From the human T2T-CHM13v2.0 reference genome, Homo sapiens: a stretch of DNA of 64,000 bases. A model generated the notes under the pieces. It had not been told where the DNA came from. It ran no database searches and saw only the letters and a list, made by a program, of their open reading frames with translations. Positions within the stretch are counted from its first letter, which is position 1; every line of letters begins with the position of its first letter. Positions 14,302 to 31,485 of the stretch are shown piece by piece. The position numbers and the translations under genes were made by a program. The stretch lies in assembly GCF_009914755.1 (NCBI RefSeq), contig NC_060926.1; one strand, given 5' to 3'.

Positions 14302-15510
14302 TTAAATATGCTAATACCCATGGGGTTTGACCTGGAAGGGAAGGCAGGAGGACAATATGGAACCAACTTAGATTTAACAGTGAGTTTGGGTTTGGGGATG
14401 ACGTTGGGAGGGAAAGTCGACAACACCTGATTCTGGTTCTGTTTGTGACTGTGGCTCCATTTGGTAAGCCTGGCTAGAGCTGCAGGAACCCTGGGTTTCA
14501 CTAACCTCCTACTCTGAAGAACAGATTAAAAAATGAGGATCAGAATTTTAAAATATAGATATTTTTCTCTGCAGACCAATTCCAATTCCTGAAAACTTGT
14601 ATGAATAAAATAATGGCACTGATTTTTTCCGCTTTGAGATCTTTTTGGTTTTTGTTTCAGTTTTGTAGGTATTTTGTAATTTTTTTATGTTTCAATGTTT
14701 AGAGAAAGATCTAGCGGATTCGAGGCAGGAAACACAAAAGGCCAGGCTAATCACACGAACAGCGCCCACTACAATGGCTGCAATGGGCCACGCATCTCTG
14801 GAAAAGACAATTCCCCAAAAGAGTGCCTGGGGAAGGCAGATAAAAGACCGAAGTTGGGTCATGTGACAGGTGTCACTTGAGTAACGATACTGGGGCCAGA
14901 GATAAAAGCCCACTCCTTCAGGTCACATGACCCAGCTTCATTACGCTCCCAGCAGGGGGTTACAGAGTCTGGATGCCATTTTTACTTATTTATTTATTTG
15001 TGTTTTTTCCCCTTATTCTGTGATAATGAGAAAATGTTTAAACTCCCATCTCTGTGTTTAAACATTTCTTCCTGCTGACAGCAGCGGGATACCCCTTGAT
15101 CAACTGTCAGATTGGAAAGTGCAATTTTTCTGGAAAGTAAACAGCATGTTAGCTGGTTGGAAATAATTTTCTGTTTATTGGTAGCTGTTACTCTAGGAGT
15201 GATGGAGCCCTGTGACAGCACTTGTCAAGTGAAGAATAAGAAACAAGTTTGGAAATACCTTTAAGACATAGCTCTGACAATAGGGCCTTACTAGTTTTTG
15301 ATAGAAATGAACTCTAAAAAAGTTAAAATGGGCAAAAAAACTTTTCCAGTGTTACCAACTCTCGGAGATCTTTCCGGCAAAACTGACAGAGAATCAAAGG
15401 CAAATTCATGGAATGCTGGAAGTGGATGGGTCCTCAGCAGGCACAAAACCCAACCCCTGTGTTTTACCACTGGGGGAACCTTGGACTCTTCTCATTAATA
15501 AGAGGAAAGC

Positions 15511-15896
<386 letters not shown>

Positions 15897-15993
15897 TTAT
15901 GTATGAAGATGAATGCAAAAAGCTGGTGGAAGCAGTTTAAACATTTTGACCTAAGTATACTTAACAAGGTTTAATGGCACATATAGATATATA

Positions 15994-16761
15994 CAGTTGA
16001 CCTTGAACAACACAGGGATTAGAGGTGCCAAGCCCCCCACCCCCTACCCCCACTCCCCACCCTGTGTGCAGTAGAAAATCCACATGTAACTTTTTTTTTT
16101 TTCTTTTGAGACAGGATCTAGCTCTGTCACACAGGCTGGAGTGCAGTGGCACAATCATAGCTCATTGCAGCCTTAACCTCCTGGGCTTAAGCCATCCTCC
16201 CACCTCAGCCTCCCAAACAGTTAGGACTACAAGCACATGCAACTACACCTGGCTAATTTTTTAAATTTTTTGCAGAGACAGAATCTTGCTGTGTTGTCCA
16301 GGCTGGTCTTGAATTCCTGGTCTCAAGTGAGCCTCCCGCCTCGGTCTCCCAAAGTGCTAGGATTTCAGGAGTCAGCCACCACACCCGGCCCACATGTAAC
16401 TTTTGACTCTTCAAAAAAAACTTACCTAATAATCATCTACTGTTGACTAGAAGACTTACCAATAAGATAAACAACCAATTAACACACATTTTATGTATGT
16501 GTTTTATACTGTATTCTTACAATAAAGTAAGCTAGAGAAAAGAAAATGTTATTAAGAAAATCATAAGGAAGAGAAAATATATTTACTGTTCATTAAATGG
16601 AAGTGGATCATCATGAAGTTCTTCAACTTTCTGTCTTCATATTCAAAGGGCTGAGAAGGAAGAGGAAGGGTTGGTCTTGCTGTCTCAGGGTGGAAGGGGC
16701 AGAAGAAAATCCACTTATAAGTGGACCTATGTAGTTCAAACCCATGTTGTTCAAGGGTTAA

Positions 16762-16764
<3 letters not shown>
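15994..16764. mobile_element. Tigger2a (MER28)-like TcMar DNA transposon, interrupted by AluJ
   Basis: TIRs CAGTTGACCTTGAACAAC / GTTGTTCAAGGGTTAACTG, flanked by TA. Confidence 0.88.
16091..16389 (-). mobile_element. AluJ in Tigger2a
   Basis: TSD CCACATGTAACTTTT (16080 / 16390). Confidence 0.96.

Positions 16765-16828
<64 letters not shown>
16765..16828. repeat. (TA)32 microsatellite
   Basis: Direct read. Confidence 0.98.
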
Positions 16829-16832
<4 letters not shown>

Positions 16833-16906
16833 CTTTTTTTTTCCAGTGGCTAAAAGAACACCATTAGTCTTTTGTTAATTAAACATGTCATCAGAAAAAA
16901 AAAGTG

Positions 16907-17208
<302 letters not shown>

Positions 17209-17545
17209 TAATATATATTCTCAAGCTATATAAAGGTCCATATCTATCTTCAATTAGGGTAAGTTTAAGGTCCTAATTTGTCCCGGAATTCGCCTCACTT
17301 TTTCCTGATGGTTAGAAAAGTAATTCCAGCTGCTTGACGAGGTGCTTTCACCTAGATGTTTCTAACAAATATGTCAAATTCTGCATGTCCAAACTTCTCC
17401 CTACATCAAAAACAAAGCAAAAAAGGTCTTCTCCATTCTCGTTTTGGTTAACAGCATCACCATCCTCCCAATTGCCTGATTCCCCTCTCCCTGCCTCCTA
17501 AATACCTTTCAGTACATTTTCTTCTATAGCCAGTGCCAGGCTATG

Positions 17546-17700
17546 TGGTTCTCAAAGTGAGGTCCCTGTACCAGCAACATCAGCATCCCCTGGGAAGTGG
17601 TTAGAAATGCAAATTCTCGGGGCTTACCTCAGACCTACTGAATCTGGAACTGAGTGGGGTGGAGCCTGGTAAATCTGCATTCACTAAAGTGAGAACACTG
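17546..17700. mobile_element. MER5A MITE
   Basis: GTGGTTCTCAAAGTG...AGAAATGCAAATTCTCGGG...AGTGAGAACACTG. Confidence 0.85.
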
Positions 17701-17786
17701 TCCTGGCTGTATTCTGCAGGTCTTGCCCTGTAGTCTCCTAACTGGCCTTCCAGCCACCAATTTTTTCTCTGGAGTATTCCCCATAC

Positions 17787-17938
17787 CAGTAGTTCTCAAC
17801 CTTGGCTGCACATTGGAATAATCTTGAAAATACTGATGCCTGGGTCCCTGTTTAATTGCTCTGGTCTGCAACATAGGCACAGGACTTTTTTAAGCTCCCC
17901 ATATTATTCTAATGTGTAGCCAGGGCTGATAATCACTG
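17787..17938. mobile_element. MER5 family MITE (MER5A1/5B-like)
   Basis: CAGTAGTTCTCAACCTTGGCTGCACATTGGAAT...GGGCTGATAATCACTG. Confidence 0.85.
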
Positions 17939-18362
17939 CTCCACCCGGAAGCCAGTGTTCTCTTGCTAAAAAACAAATCAGATGATGTCACTATCCCCCC
18001 TAAAAAAATCTCTATCAGTCATAGGATAAATTCTGAACCAGCTCTTCAGCATGGCCCCAACTGAGTACTCCAGCTGGCTCCATCAGCCTCCAGGCTCACT
18101 CGCTTCCTCTACACTCAGCCACGTGGAATTTCTCAGTATTCCCTGAATGCAGTATTCTGTTCACATCCCTAGCTTTTTGCACTTTCTGTCCCCTCTGCTT
18201 AGAATGCCCTCTTCCATCCTCTCTGCCTGGTGAACTCTTATCCCTCAATGCTCAGCTGAAAGGTCCTCCAGCCCAGGGTGAGTTGCTCTCTTCTCTGGGA
18301 TCCCAGAGCACTCTGTTGCTATGTACATCATAGTATTGGTCCCATTTCATTGCAATTATTAG

Positions 18363-18747
<385 letters not shown>

Positions 18748-19991
18748 TAATTTTATCCCCAGTGTCTAGTGTAAGTTGGACATTGAGAAGATGTTCAATC
18801 AATGTTGGTTAAGCGAATGAATTGGAAACACCACCACTTGCTGCCTTCCACTGAGATCAAATCATGGTGCCATTTTGCTTTTCTTTCCAGAATCAGTAAA
18901 GATCATATATCTCATATCATACACATATGACTTAGTAATCACATACCACAAACACGTGATTAGGAGCCAACCAGATCAAGTCTGTCACTTGCTGACCTTG
19001 GTTTTCTAATCTTTAAAATAAGGTCAATAATGCCTATTTTGTAGAGTGAGTGTGAAGATTCATTGTATAACACCCAGCAGCATGCCTGACACAGACTAGG
19101 CACTAAATAAATTAAAATGTTTATTATAATAATAAGTAAATAAAACTCACTGAAAAGAAAGTTAAACTGAGCAGCACTTCTGTTTATACATCTGTCTCTC
19201 TCTTCAGTGTGAGCTGCTGAAAGGCAAAAGCTGTCTTATTTATCCGTGTGTTCCCTGGGGCGGGGAACACAGTAGGCATTCATTAATTAATTCGGTCGCT
19301 CATTCACCAAGCATTTATTAAGCTAATGAATGAAATGAATAATATTTGGGTTAGAATGATGGCTTGCTGTTTGGGGCACAGAGAGACTCACACATTTGTC
19401 TGTCTTACAAAACAGAGAATCACAAGTTTGGCCACTGGAAGGTGTCTCAGAAATCATTTTTAAAGGTTCTCATTTACAGGTGAGAAAAGGGAGATAACTA
19501 ACCAGGAAAGCCATTTTAATTTCAATATTGAGGATAACATTTCTAGGTTGGGAGTGGATGCTGACCAAGTAGGAAAGCAAGTTCACATTTGTAAAAGTTC
19601 TTGGGTGGGTGATACTTAACTAGGACAGTGCTTGGTTTTTCATGGTGAGAAACTGGGCAGTTGAGAAGAATTTTAACAAAAATCATCAGAGGCACTTTTG
19701 AGTATTGTCAATTCCATATTATATACTTTATCTGGTGGAAAATAAAGCACCTTCTACCCAACGTGCATGTAAATTTATGTTGCTCTGTCCTTTTAAAGGG
19801 CAGGTAGAAGGCAAAATGTAGGTCATTTAACAGGTGTCGTTCCAGGCAACAACAAAGAACAGATAAAAAAGCATGTAGCAGATGTAGTCGTGTAAATAAG
19901 CCTCTTTTTAAAAATGAATCACCACATGTCCCCAAGATCAGAATCACTCCCGGGAACCTGGTGTGGAGTCTCCCAGATGCAGAAGAAAGAG

Positions 19992-20021
19992 GAATGAATG
20001 AATGAATGAATGAATGAATGA
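19992..20021. repeat. (GAAT)n tetranucleotide repeat
   Basis: Direct read. Confidence 0.9.
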
Positions 20022-20709
20022 TCCAGACCAGCCAGAGACTAAACTGCAAGCAACGTTAGGTTTCCCTGTGACCATTCAGACTTAATGTGACTCTATGAGA
20101 AAGCACTGTTGCAGGCCGGGGATTGGCAGGCAGCCCCGGCCCCCAGCCTCAGATAACAAGCTGCTCTCCAAGAACACGTGCTAGGAAAAGTGCTTGATCA
20201 GAGTGTCAGCTTGTGGACTGAGTAGGAACACTAAGTGGTTTTGTCTGTCACCTCCTTCACCCCAGCTGGAATTTGGCCATAATCTGATGGAAACACTTTG
20301 CCCACTTTCAGGAGAATTTTCCACTATCAGTAAGGCTGCTTTTTCATACTTCGGCTATCACCAAAGCCTTTCAGAACACTTGTACTACTATCGCCCAGGG
20401 GAGCTTATATGTCTCAAGGGTAGGGGGTGGGGGACCAAAACCATTCTGAGCATGGAACACTCAGTTGATTCAGGTTTCATCCATGTTGAATTTCAGTCCC
20501 TGTTTCCTGAGGACTAGACTGTACTAGATGCTGTCCTGGAATCATGTCTTCATTAGTCCCCTGGGCCACATGACCGGTGAGTGAGTAAGCTGGGCTTCAA
20601 ACTCAAATCCAGCCCCTGAGGTTTCAATGTCCATACTTGAACGTCTACTCGTGATGTCTTCATGTCACTGTGAAGAGGACTGACAGGGCTTCAGAAGCTG
20701 CTGCGTGGG

Positions 20710-20900
20710 AAAGGGTTAAAAGTGTCAGAGTGCCTGGGTTCAGATCCTGACTCCACAGCTTTGTAGCTGAATGCCTTTCGGCAGGTTACTTAACCTCATT
20801 AAGCCTCAACTTCCTCATCTGTAAGAATGGGTCCAGCAATAGTACCTGCCTGTAAGGGGGTTATCATGAGGCTTGAAAGGGTTTGACTCATGACAACTGT
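20710..20900 (+). mobile_element. MIR
   Basis: GCCTGGGTTCAGATCCTGACTC...GCCTCAACTTCCTCATCTGTAA. Confidence 0.8.
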
Positions 20901-21159
20901 ATAATAAATGATAGTTACTAGTATTGTCATACACATCACAAATACAATCAACATTATGGATTTACTCCCATCTAGGCATGAATAGTCGTGTGTTTATGTG
21001 TACACAATGTGACAAAGAAGAAACACAATAGCCACAATTTATCGGGCACTTATTATATGTCAGGTAGTAGAATAGGGGTTCTGCACACATAACCTCATGC
21101 TTTTCATATATATGACCTGATTTATTCCTCATAGCCATCTGTGAAGTAGTTAATATTAT

Positions 21160-21929
<770 letters not shown>

Positions 21930-21989
21930 CTATGCTTCTAATCACTATTCTACAGTGTCTCTCTGAGGCAATAGGCTTAAAAAAATAGA

Positions 21990-22430
21990 TTCCAAAAATT
22001 GCTGCTTTCAAACGTGTTGTCTTTTAAAGAAATCTCTTTGAAAAGTGCCAGCTTACCCCATCAATACTGCCATTGTTCAGGCTCTTTGGCCTTCAGAACC
22101 ATACACAATCCTCACGAGAAAATGAGTCTCAATTTTATCATCCTCATCTTTTAATCTAAAATGGTATTACTTAACTTGATCATGCACCTTATTCCCCGGA
22201 CTTTGATCTAAATGAATTTTAGCTGTTAAAAATCAAATCCACCTTTAAAGGATAAATATTTGTCCTCATCAAGATACTCCATTCACTTCAGTGTCGAAAA
22301 AGAAACGATCCAGAGTGTTTTTAACAGCATCTTTGGAATAAGTAATTCATCTTCCAGGGAGATTGCTTTGAAGGAGAGCCTCATGTGGGATGCATAAGCT
22401 CTGGTATGTTTATTTAAAACATACCTTAAA
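21990..22430 (+). mobile_element. Ancient mariner transposase remnant (MARNA-like)
   Basis: From 22181 translates HAPYSPDFDLNEF*LLKIKSTFKG*IF, matching the mariner HPPYSPDLAPxDF..LK..LKG..F motif; contains stops. Confidence 0.75.
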
Positions 22431-23504
22431 TTTCCTTACACATATTCACAAGTAACTTGCCTGGAAGCCCCAGACACTCAGCTCTACTAAGGCAGGAGAA
22501 ATTGATGAGGTCATCAAGTCCTTTTGAATTGTATGTTCCTAGACTCTTAAACTTTTATTCAGTGAATTGTAAACATGAGCAAAAGGTTTCACTGCGGGAA
22601 AGGACCCTGCCTAAACAGAGACGCTCACACACATGCACCTCAACCCACCTCTCCATTCTGCAATGTGGAGCCTTAAGCCATTGCTGGCTTAGGGCTAGAG
22701 AGACTATTTGGGGCTCTGAAGAGACAAATCAGAATAGGCAGCTTTTTTGATAGGAAGTCAGCAACTTCCATTCTTGCAACTACCCTGAGCTTAACTTAAA
22801 TGCCTTCCAGTTGCTAAAAACCTGCAGCTGTATCTGAGCCCAGACAGCCTTTTAACAAAAGTTGTCCATTTTTATGTGGCCAGCCATTGGGTAATCAATA
22901 CACACGAGATCATCCTTCCACAACCTTTTTCAGTCGCCAACACTTGATGAGTCAGGGTAGTTAACCCAGCCCAAAGACACTGTAGCTGGGCTTCATCACT
23001 ACATTAGACCCTACTTAAACCCTTCCTTGCTGATTTACTTACAGCACAGCTCTTCTACTTTTTGCAGTAACATAACTTTGGTTAAAGTTCTTGTCACTTT
23101 CAGTTTTGCCTACGCTGCCTCCCACTTCCTCCCAAAGCACCCCCCGCCCCCATCATGCTGTGCTCTCCAGATGTTCACAGTCCTGAAATATCCCACATGA
23201 CAAAATATATACATGTTGTAATTATCCAAGTAAGTCCATCTTTGCTTACTTTGGTCTGGTTCCCATTTGTCTTATCAGTTAAATAGCAAAACTTTGATTA
23301 GTGTGGTAGGCAGAACACTGCCCACCCCCCAACCAAAGATCCCCACATCCTAATCCCAGGAACCTATACCCATGCTATGTTACATGGCAAGGGGGAATTA
23401 AAGTTGCAAATGGAATTTAGGTAACTGATTAGCTGACCTGAGAATAGAGAACATATCCTGGATTATCTAGGTGGGCCCAATGTTATCACAGGGTCCTGAA
23501 AGTG

Positions 23505-24394
<890 letters not shown>

Positions 24395-24826
24395 AGTGTA
24401 AGAGTGAGGCGGAAGAGAAAGAGTGATGTGATGGAGAACCGGGCCTGCTGTTGCTGGCTTTGAACATGGGAGAAGAAGGCCATCAGCCAAGGAATGCAGA
24501 CAGCCTCAAAAAGCTGGAAGGGACCAGGAAACAGACTGCCCCTACAGCCTTCAAAATGGAGCACAGCCCTGCCGAAATCTTTGTTTTTAGCCCAGTGAGT
24601 ACCATTTTAGATTTATGAACTAGAGAATCGTAAGAAATTTGTGCTATTTTAAGCCACTGAATTTATGATAACATGTTATCGCAACAATAGGAATCCAACA
24701 CAATCAGCTGAAGCCTAAATAACCAGAAGACACATTCACTTCACATTTTCTGCGTATCACTTTTGAGAGAAATATTCAAATCTCAAGAGAAACTTAAATC
24801 AACAGTTTACTTTTAAGCAAGATCCT

Positions 24827-25230
24827 AGATTGAATTCTCTTCAAACAGACCCTGACAGGATTGGGGGCCACAGGTTTATTGGGGAGCTCTCTCTGGTGCA
24901 AAAAGCTAGATCTGGCTGAGACACTGGCCTGCAATGCAACTGCATCTGAGGCCTTAGGCAATCCTACAATCCTACAGGCAGCTCTGGAACTGGGATGGCC
25001 CTTCAAAATAGCCCCAAACTGAGGCAAAGGGGCTGAAGCTCTGTATCCACATCATCTGGTTTGAGAGACAGAACAGCCTTGGGTGAGGCGGTTCCTGGTG
25101 GCTTGGAGCAACGCCCAGGCAATAAGATACTGTGAGCCATCCACCTTTGATATTTCTACCTACTGCTGCTGGGGGACGGATGGGTTGGCGCTGAGGAGAG
25201 GATCTGGGCAGGCGCTAGGATATTCCCTAC
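24827..25230 (-). mobile_element. LTR16-like ERVL LTR
   Basis: CAGACCCTGA...GTTTATTGGGGAG...GCTCTGGAACTGGGATGGCCCTTCA. Confidence 0.65.
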
Positions 25231-25304
25231 AAGCAATCTATGTTTCTATGGGCGTGTCCTGAGATCAATACCTATTCCATCTTGTCTTGCTATGACATAA
25301 GAAG

Positions 25305-25545
25305 AGCTATTATTAATTTAGTGCTTCCTACATAACAGAGACTATTTGAAGGACTTTACACTCACTGTCTCTAGTCCTAGCCTCCTCCTAACCTAGCAAA
25401 GTAACTATAATTAGTTCCACTCTGCAGATGAGGACACTAAGGCTCAGAAGCTTAGACAGGCGGAGTGCTTTGTCCCAGGCCACCCAGCTAGTGAAGTGGC
25501 AGAGCCAGGTTTTGACATCAAAGCCAGCCCATTTTATCCTCAGTC
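25305..25545 (-). mobile_element. MIR
   Basis: CAGATGAGGACACTAAGGCTCAGA...CACCCAGCTAGTGAAGTGGCAGAGCC. Confidence 0.75.
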
Positions 25546-26708
25546 TTCCACAGAGCACACGGACCACACCCCTAGAAAGAGAGTCAGCATTCACAGACAT
25601 CAACCTGGCACCACAAAAATTCTTGGTCCTCAAAGAAAGATAAGATTGTATTTGGTAAACTCTGATTCCTAAATAGGAAAAGGAGCCTGAGACAGATTGA
25701 TAAGATATTAAACAAGGCTGAAAATGAAAAAAAAAAAAAAACTTCTGGTGGCCCAGAAGGGTTGAGTTGATCAAAGTTTGAACTACACACTGTAAATCAA
25801 AGTTAATTACATTTTTACTCCAGGTTGTATGTGGTGGATTTTGTCATCATTTTTACTTGTTCCTCGGTGTTCTCTTTCCCAGTGGAAGCTCCTGGGGGAA
25901 AAGGGCCAAGAGGTTCTAAGTTTCCTCATATGGCCCCTAGCACCACATCAACACAGGAGAGCACATCATAAATACCATTTGATGATTTTCTTCCCGCGCA
26001 TTCATAGCCCCAGACCCTGTGTAAAGGCCTGCTGAGCAATATCATTCACTGAAGTGCTACTCTCCCTGCAGGTTGGGTCCAGAAAATATGGTGCTCGGAA
26101 AACACTGTAAAAGCTGCCTCTTTAATAAGGATCCTGGTGTCCCGTGATGGATGCTATAAAACCTCAGACTGGCTGGTGTGCTCACAGCCATGTAGGACCA
26201 TTAACAGCGTCTGGTCCTGTGGTAACATACTTCATATTCACAGTGCAAAAGAGAAAGCATTTATTATAAATAATGCTAGGTGACCCTGGAGTAAACACAG
26301 CTGTGCCCTCGTGGTGTCTTGTCAGTGGTGCTCCCTCAGTAGATTAAAGAAATCCATGTTTTATGGAGCCATCACTTATTCTGTGTATACACAGAGGGCT
26401 GGTTTGCTATCAACCTGCAGCTCACTGTGTATAAGGTTTCAGGCCCAGGAACTGCATGAAGCTGAGATGCTTCACTAAAACACTTATTCTTGCATGTTCT
26501 AATATTTGCAAAAGGGGATGAGAGTCGGTTTCTATTTGTTCCTAAATGATTTACACGACAATTGGGGCTCTATACAACTTGTGGCTGCCCTTCAGATTTC
26601 TTATAAGCTCCTCTCTGCACTGAGCTTATAAGCTCCCCTGCAGCTGAGGCTGGGGGAATGAACATGACTGTCATCCACTAGCTGTGGGACTTGGGGCTAT
26701 TCCTTTAA

Positions 26709-27065
<357 letters not shown>

Positions 27066-27292
27066 TGAGCTCTGTTTCCTGGAATTTGTGCTAAATTAGA
27101 TGGTCATCCCCAAATTAGGGGACAGAGTAGGAAGGAAGTGGTAGTACAGCGTTAAGATCCCTTAAGCTGCTAGGAAAAAAATAGAATATATATACATATT
27201 GTATTTACATAACTTTATAATATAGGCATAGTAATAAATACAATTTTTGTTAAATATGGACATGTAAAATCATGCACAGATTATATATTATA

Positions 27293-27539
27293 CAGCTGAC
27301 CCTTGAACAACAGGTTTGAACTTGAAGGGTCTACTTACACGTGGATTTTTTTTCAATCAAACACAGATGGAAAATAAAGTATTCACGGGTTGCAAAACCT
27401 ATCTATAGCAAGGGCCAACTTTTCATATGCACAGGTTCTGCAGGACCAACTGGAGGGCTTGAGTATGCATGGATTTGGATATACGGGAAGTGGGGTGGGG
27501 GTCCTGGGACCAGTCCCCACATATACCAAGGGATGACTA
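27293..27539 (-). mobile_element. MER8 (Tigger-family MITE)
   Basis: CAGCTGACCCTTGAACAAC...GGGGGTCCTGGGACCAGTCCCC...ATACCAAGGGATGACT; about 245 bp. Confidence 0.85.
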
Positions 27540-28091
27540 TGTATGCACTTGTAGATGTGTGTGTATATGTATATAAAAGGCTTGCATTATTTAATTGTAT
27601 ACGATTGGTACAGCAGCATAAACACAATTTATAAGTAAAAACTATACATATATTGGGGTGAGCCACCAGGACCAGTGAACGACATAGCCCAGACTAACAC
27701 TGTAGTTTGGAGTGGTGAACCAACGCCATATGGTGGTTTTCTTACAAGATTTCCATCACCTCTCCAACCACTTTCTCCTCATTGGTCAGATCTAGACCCC
27801 GAGAAACTGTTCCTTTCATTGTTTTCTCCGCCTTCTACAAACTGAGATACTCGAGAATCTTCCTCAACCATGAAGAGGGTGATGCTGAGGAGGGATTTTT
27901 ACCTCAGGGATTAGGGAGGAGACTCCCCTAATTAGGTGGGTGGTGTACCCATAATCCACACAACAATTAGATTTTTGAAGAAAAACCTATCACTGGAATG
28001 AAACCAAATTCTTGAAGGTTCTGTTTATACACAAACTTAGTTTCCTCTCCTCCATTCCAAAAGAAAATATACACATTTTTTCTTTAATAAG

Positions 28092-28092
<1 letters not shown>

Positions 28093-28123
<31 letters not shown>

Positions 28124-28130
28124 TTGTGTG

Positions 28131-28168
<38 letters not shown>
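28093..28168. repeat. Compound (TA)n/(TG)n microsatellite
   Basis: Direct read. Confidence 0.95.
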
Positions 28169-28169
<1 letters not shown>

Positions 28170-28214
28170 TTATCTCACTAAAATAATGTTTTACTGTCAC
28201 AAATTCAGGGCTAC

Positions 28215-29165
28215 TGAGTATTTGACTTATGTTTTGGGGGCCCACTATGTGTCAGACATGTTGCTAGGCCCTGGGAATTAATGAATCTCCATGACATCAT
28301 CTCTGCCCTTGAGGTACTCACATGGAGTGAAGGAGATGGGCAAGTCAACAAATGTCTTAGCTCATTTTCTGTTGCTTATAACAGAATACCTGAAACTGGG
28401 TAATTTATAAAGATAAGGAATTTATTCTTACCATTACGGAGGCTGAGAAGTCCAAGGTTGAGCAGCTGCATCTGGTGAGGACCTTCTCGCTGGTAAAGAC
28501 TCTGCAGAGCATAGAGGTGGCACAGGGTATTACACAGCAAGCAGGGCTGAGCGTGCTAGCTCAGGTCTCTCTTCCTCTTTTTATAAAGCTACCAGTTCCC
28601 TCTCATGATAACCCATTAATCTATTAATCCATGAATGGATGAACCCATTTGTGGGGGCCAAGCTCTCATGATCCAATCACCTCTTAAAGGCTCCACCCCT
28701 CAGTACTGCTACATTGGGTATTAAGTTTCAACATGAGTTTTGGAGGGGACATTCAAACCACAGCAACAAAGAATCACAAAGTGTATGTCAAGCAGTGAAT
28801 TACATATAGAGTTATGGGCACAAGTAGCCTGCCTGGGAGACCAGGCAAGGCTTCCCAGAGGCACTCCCTTCCAAAAAAGTGAGTTGAATTTGCCAGGTAA
28901 GGAAACACAGAGTGGATGGGAGCAGGGCATTGCGGAGAGGGGGATCCTCATCTATGAAGGTTCGGAGGTATGGAAGAGACAGGATGACAGCAGGGGTGCA
29001 TGATTCCACAGGGCAAGAGAATACATGGTGTTAGGGGAAGTGTCAGGATGTGACCTAGTAAGTTAGGTAGGGAAGCTTGTAAAGAGTCATATATGTTCTG
29101 ACTTTATCCTATACACAAAGGAGAGGGATGGAAGGCTTGTAAGGAGGAGATAGGCATGACCATGT
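28215..29165 (-). mobile_element. L2 remnant interrupted by an MST LTR
   Basis: CCCACTATGTGTCAGACATGTTGCTAGGCCCTGGG...TGCCCTTGAGG. Confidence 0.65.
28353..28765 (-). mobile_element. MST/MLT1A-like MaLR solo LTR
   Basis: TGTCTTAG...CAAACCACAGCA termini; 5-bp TSD ACAAA. Confidence 0.88.
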
Positions 29166-29687
29166 GGTAGGCTACCCCACTGTGGATTAAACAGATATTT
29201 TCCCCTTTTATCATCAGCAAGAAAGGTATCAGAAAACCATATTGGATTTATGAAGGTAGTTTCCCTATGTGTGTAACCCAGGGGTTATTTTGTCCTCCCT
29301 AAGAAACAAGGGATAAGAGGCAACATAGAAGCCTCCCTTTGAAAAGGCCCAAATGCCCTGGAACAACTGAAGATAGCTTGCATTGAACAGCTAGAAGGAG
29401 GGCAAGGGGCCTATGGAAAGGGGCATACAGAGGCAGAGGAAACCCTTTGTGTATTGGAAAGGTAGCCCTGCTGCCAAGGGGAAGAGAAGAGGGATAGATC
29501 TCAGTGGTCAGAGACTGGTGAAAGAACAAATTCTGCCCTAGGAGACCTACAGGCAAGGAGGAGTTGGCTGTATGTGAGAATTGAAAGAAGAATTCTTGCA
29601 AAAGCCCTCATCCAGGTGTCTGTGGAAGTCACCAGAACAGAAAACCCTTTCAGGTGAGCTTTCAAGGCCAGCAGCTACTCAGTTTCA

Positions 29688-30153
<466 letters not shown>

Positions 30154-30253
30154 TCACATTTGTCAGACCTTAAAAGATCAGATCAGTGTTTAGTCCTGTT
30201 AATTACCAAGTCATAGAACACTTTGTGAGATGTTATTCTATTATCACTACTGG

Positions 30254-30254
<1 letters not shown>

Positions 30255-30300
<46 letters not shown>
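30255..30300. repeat. (CA)23 microsatellite
   Basis: Direct read. Confidence 0.98.
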
Positions 30301-30303
<3 letters not shown>

Positions 30304-30363
30304 CTACCTTTAACTTGCCACATTAAGATTTCTACAGAAATGGAGTCTATTCATTTTATTTAA

Positions 30364-31485
<1,122 letters not shown>

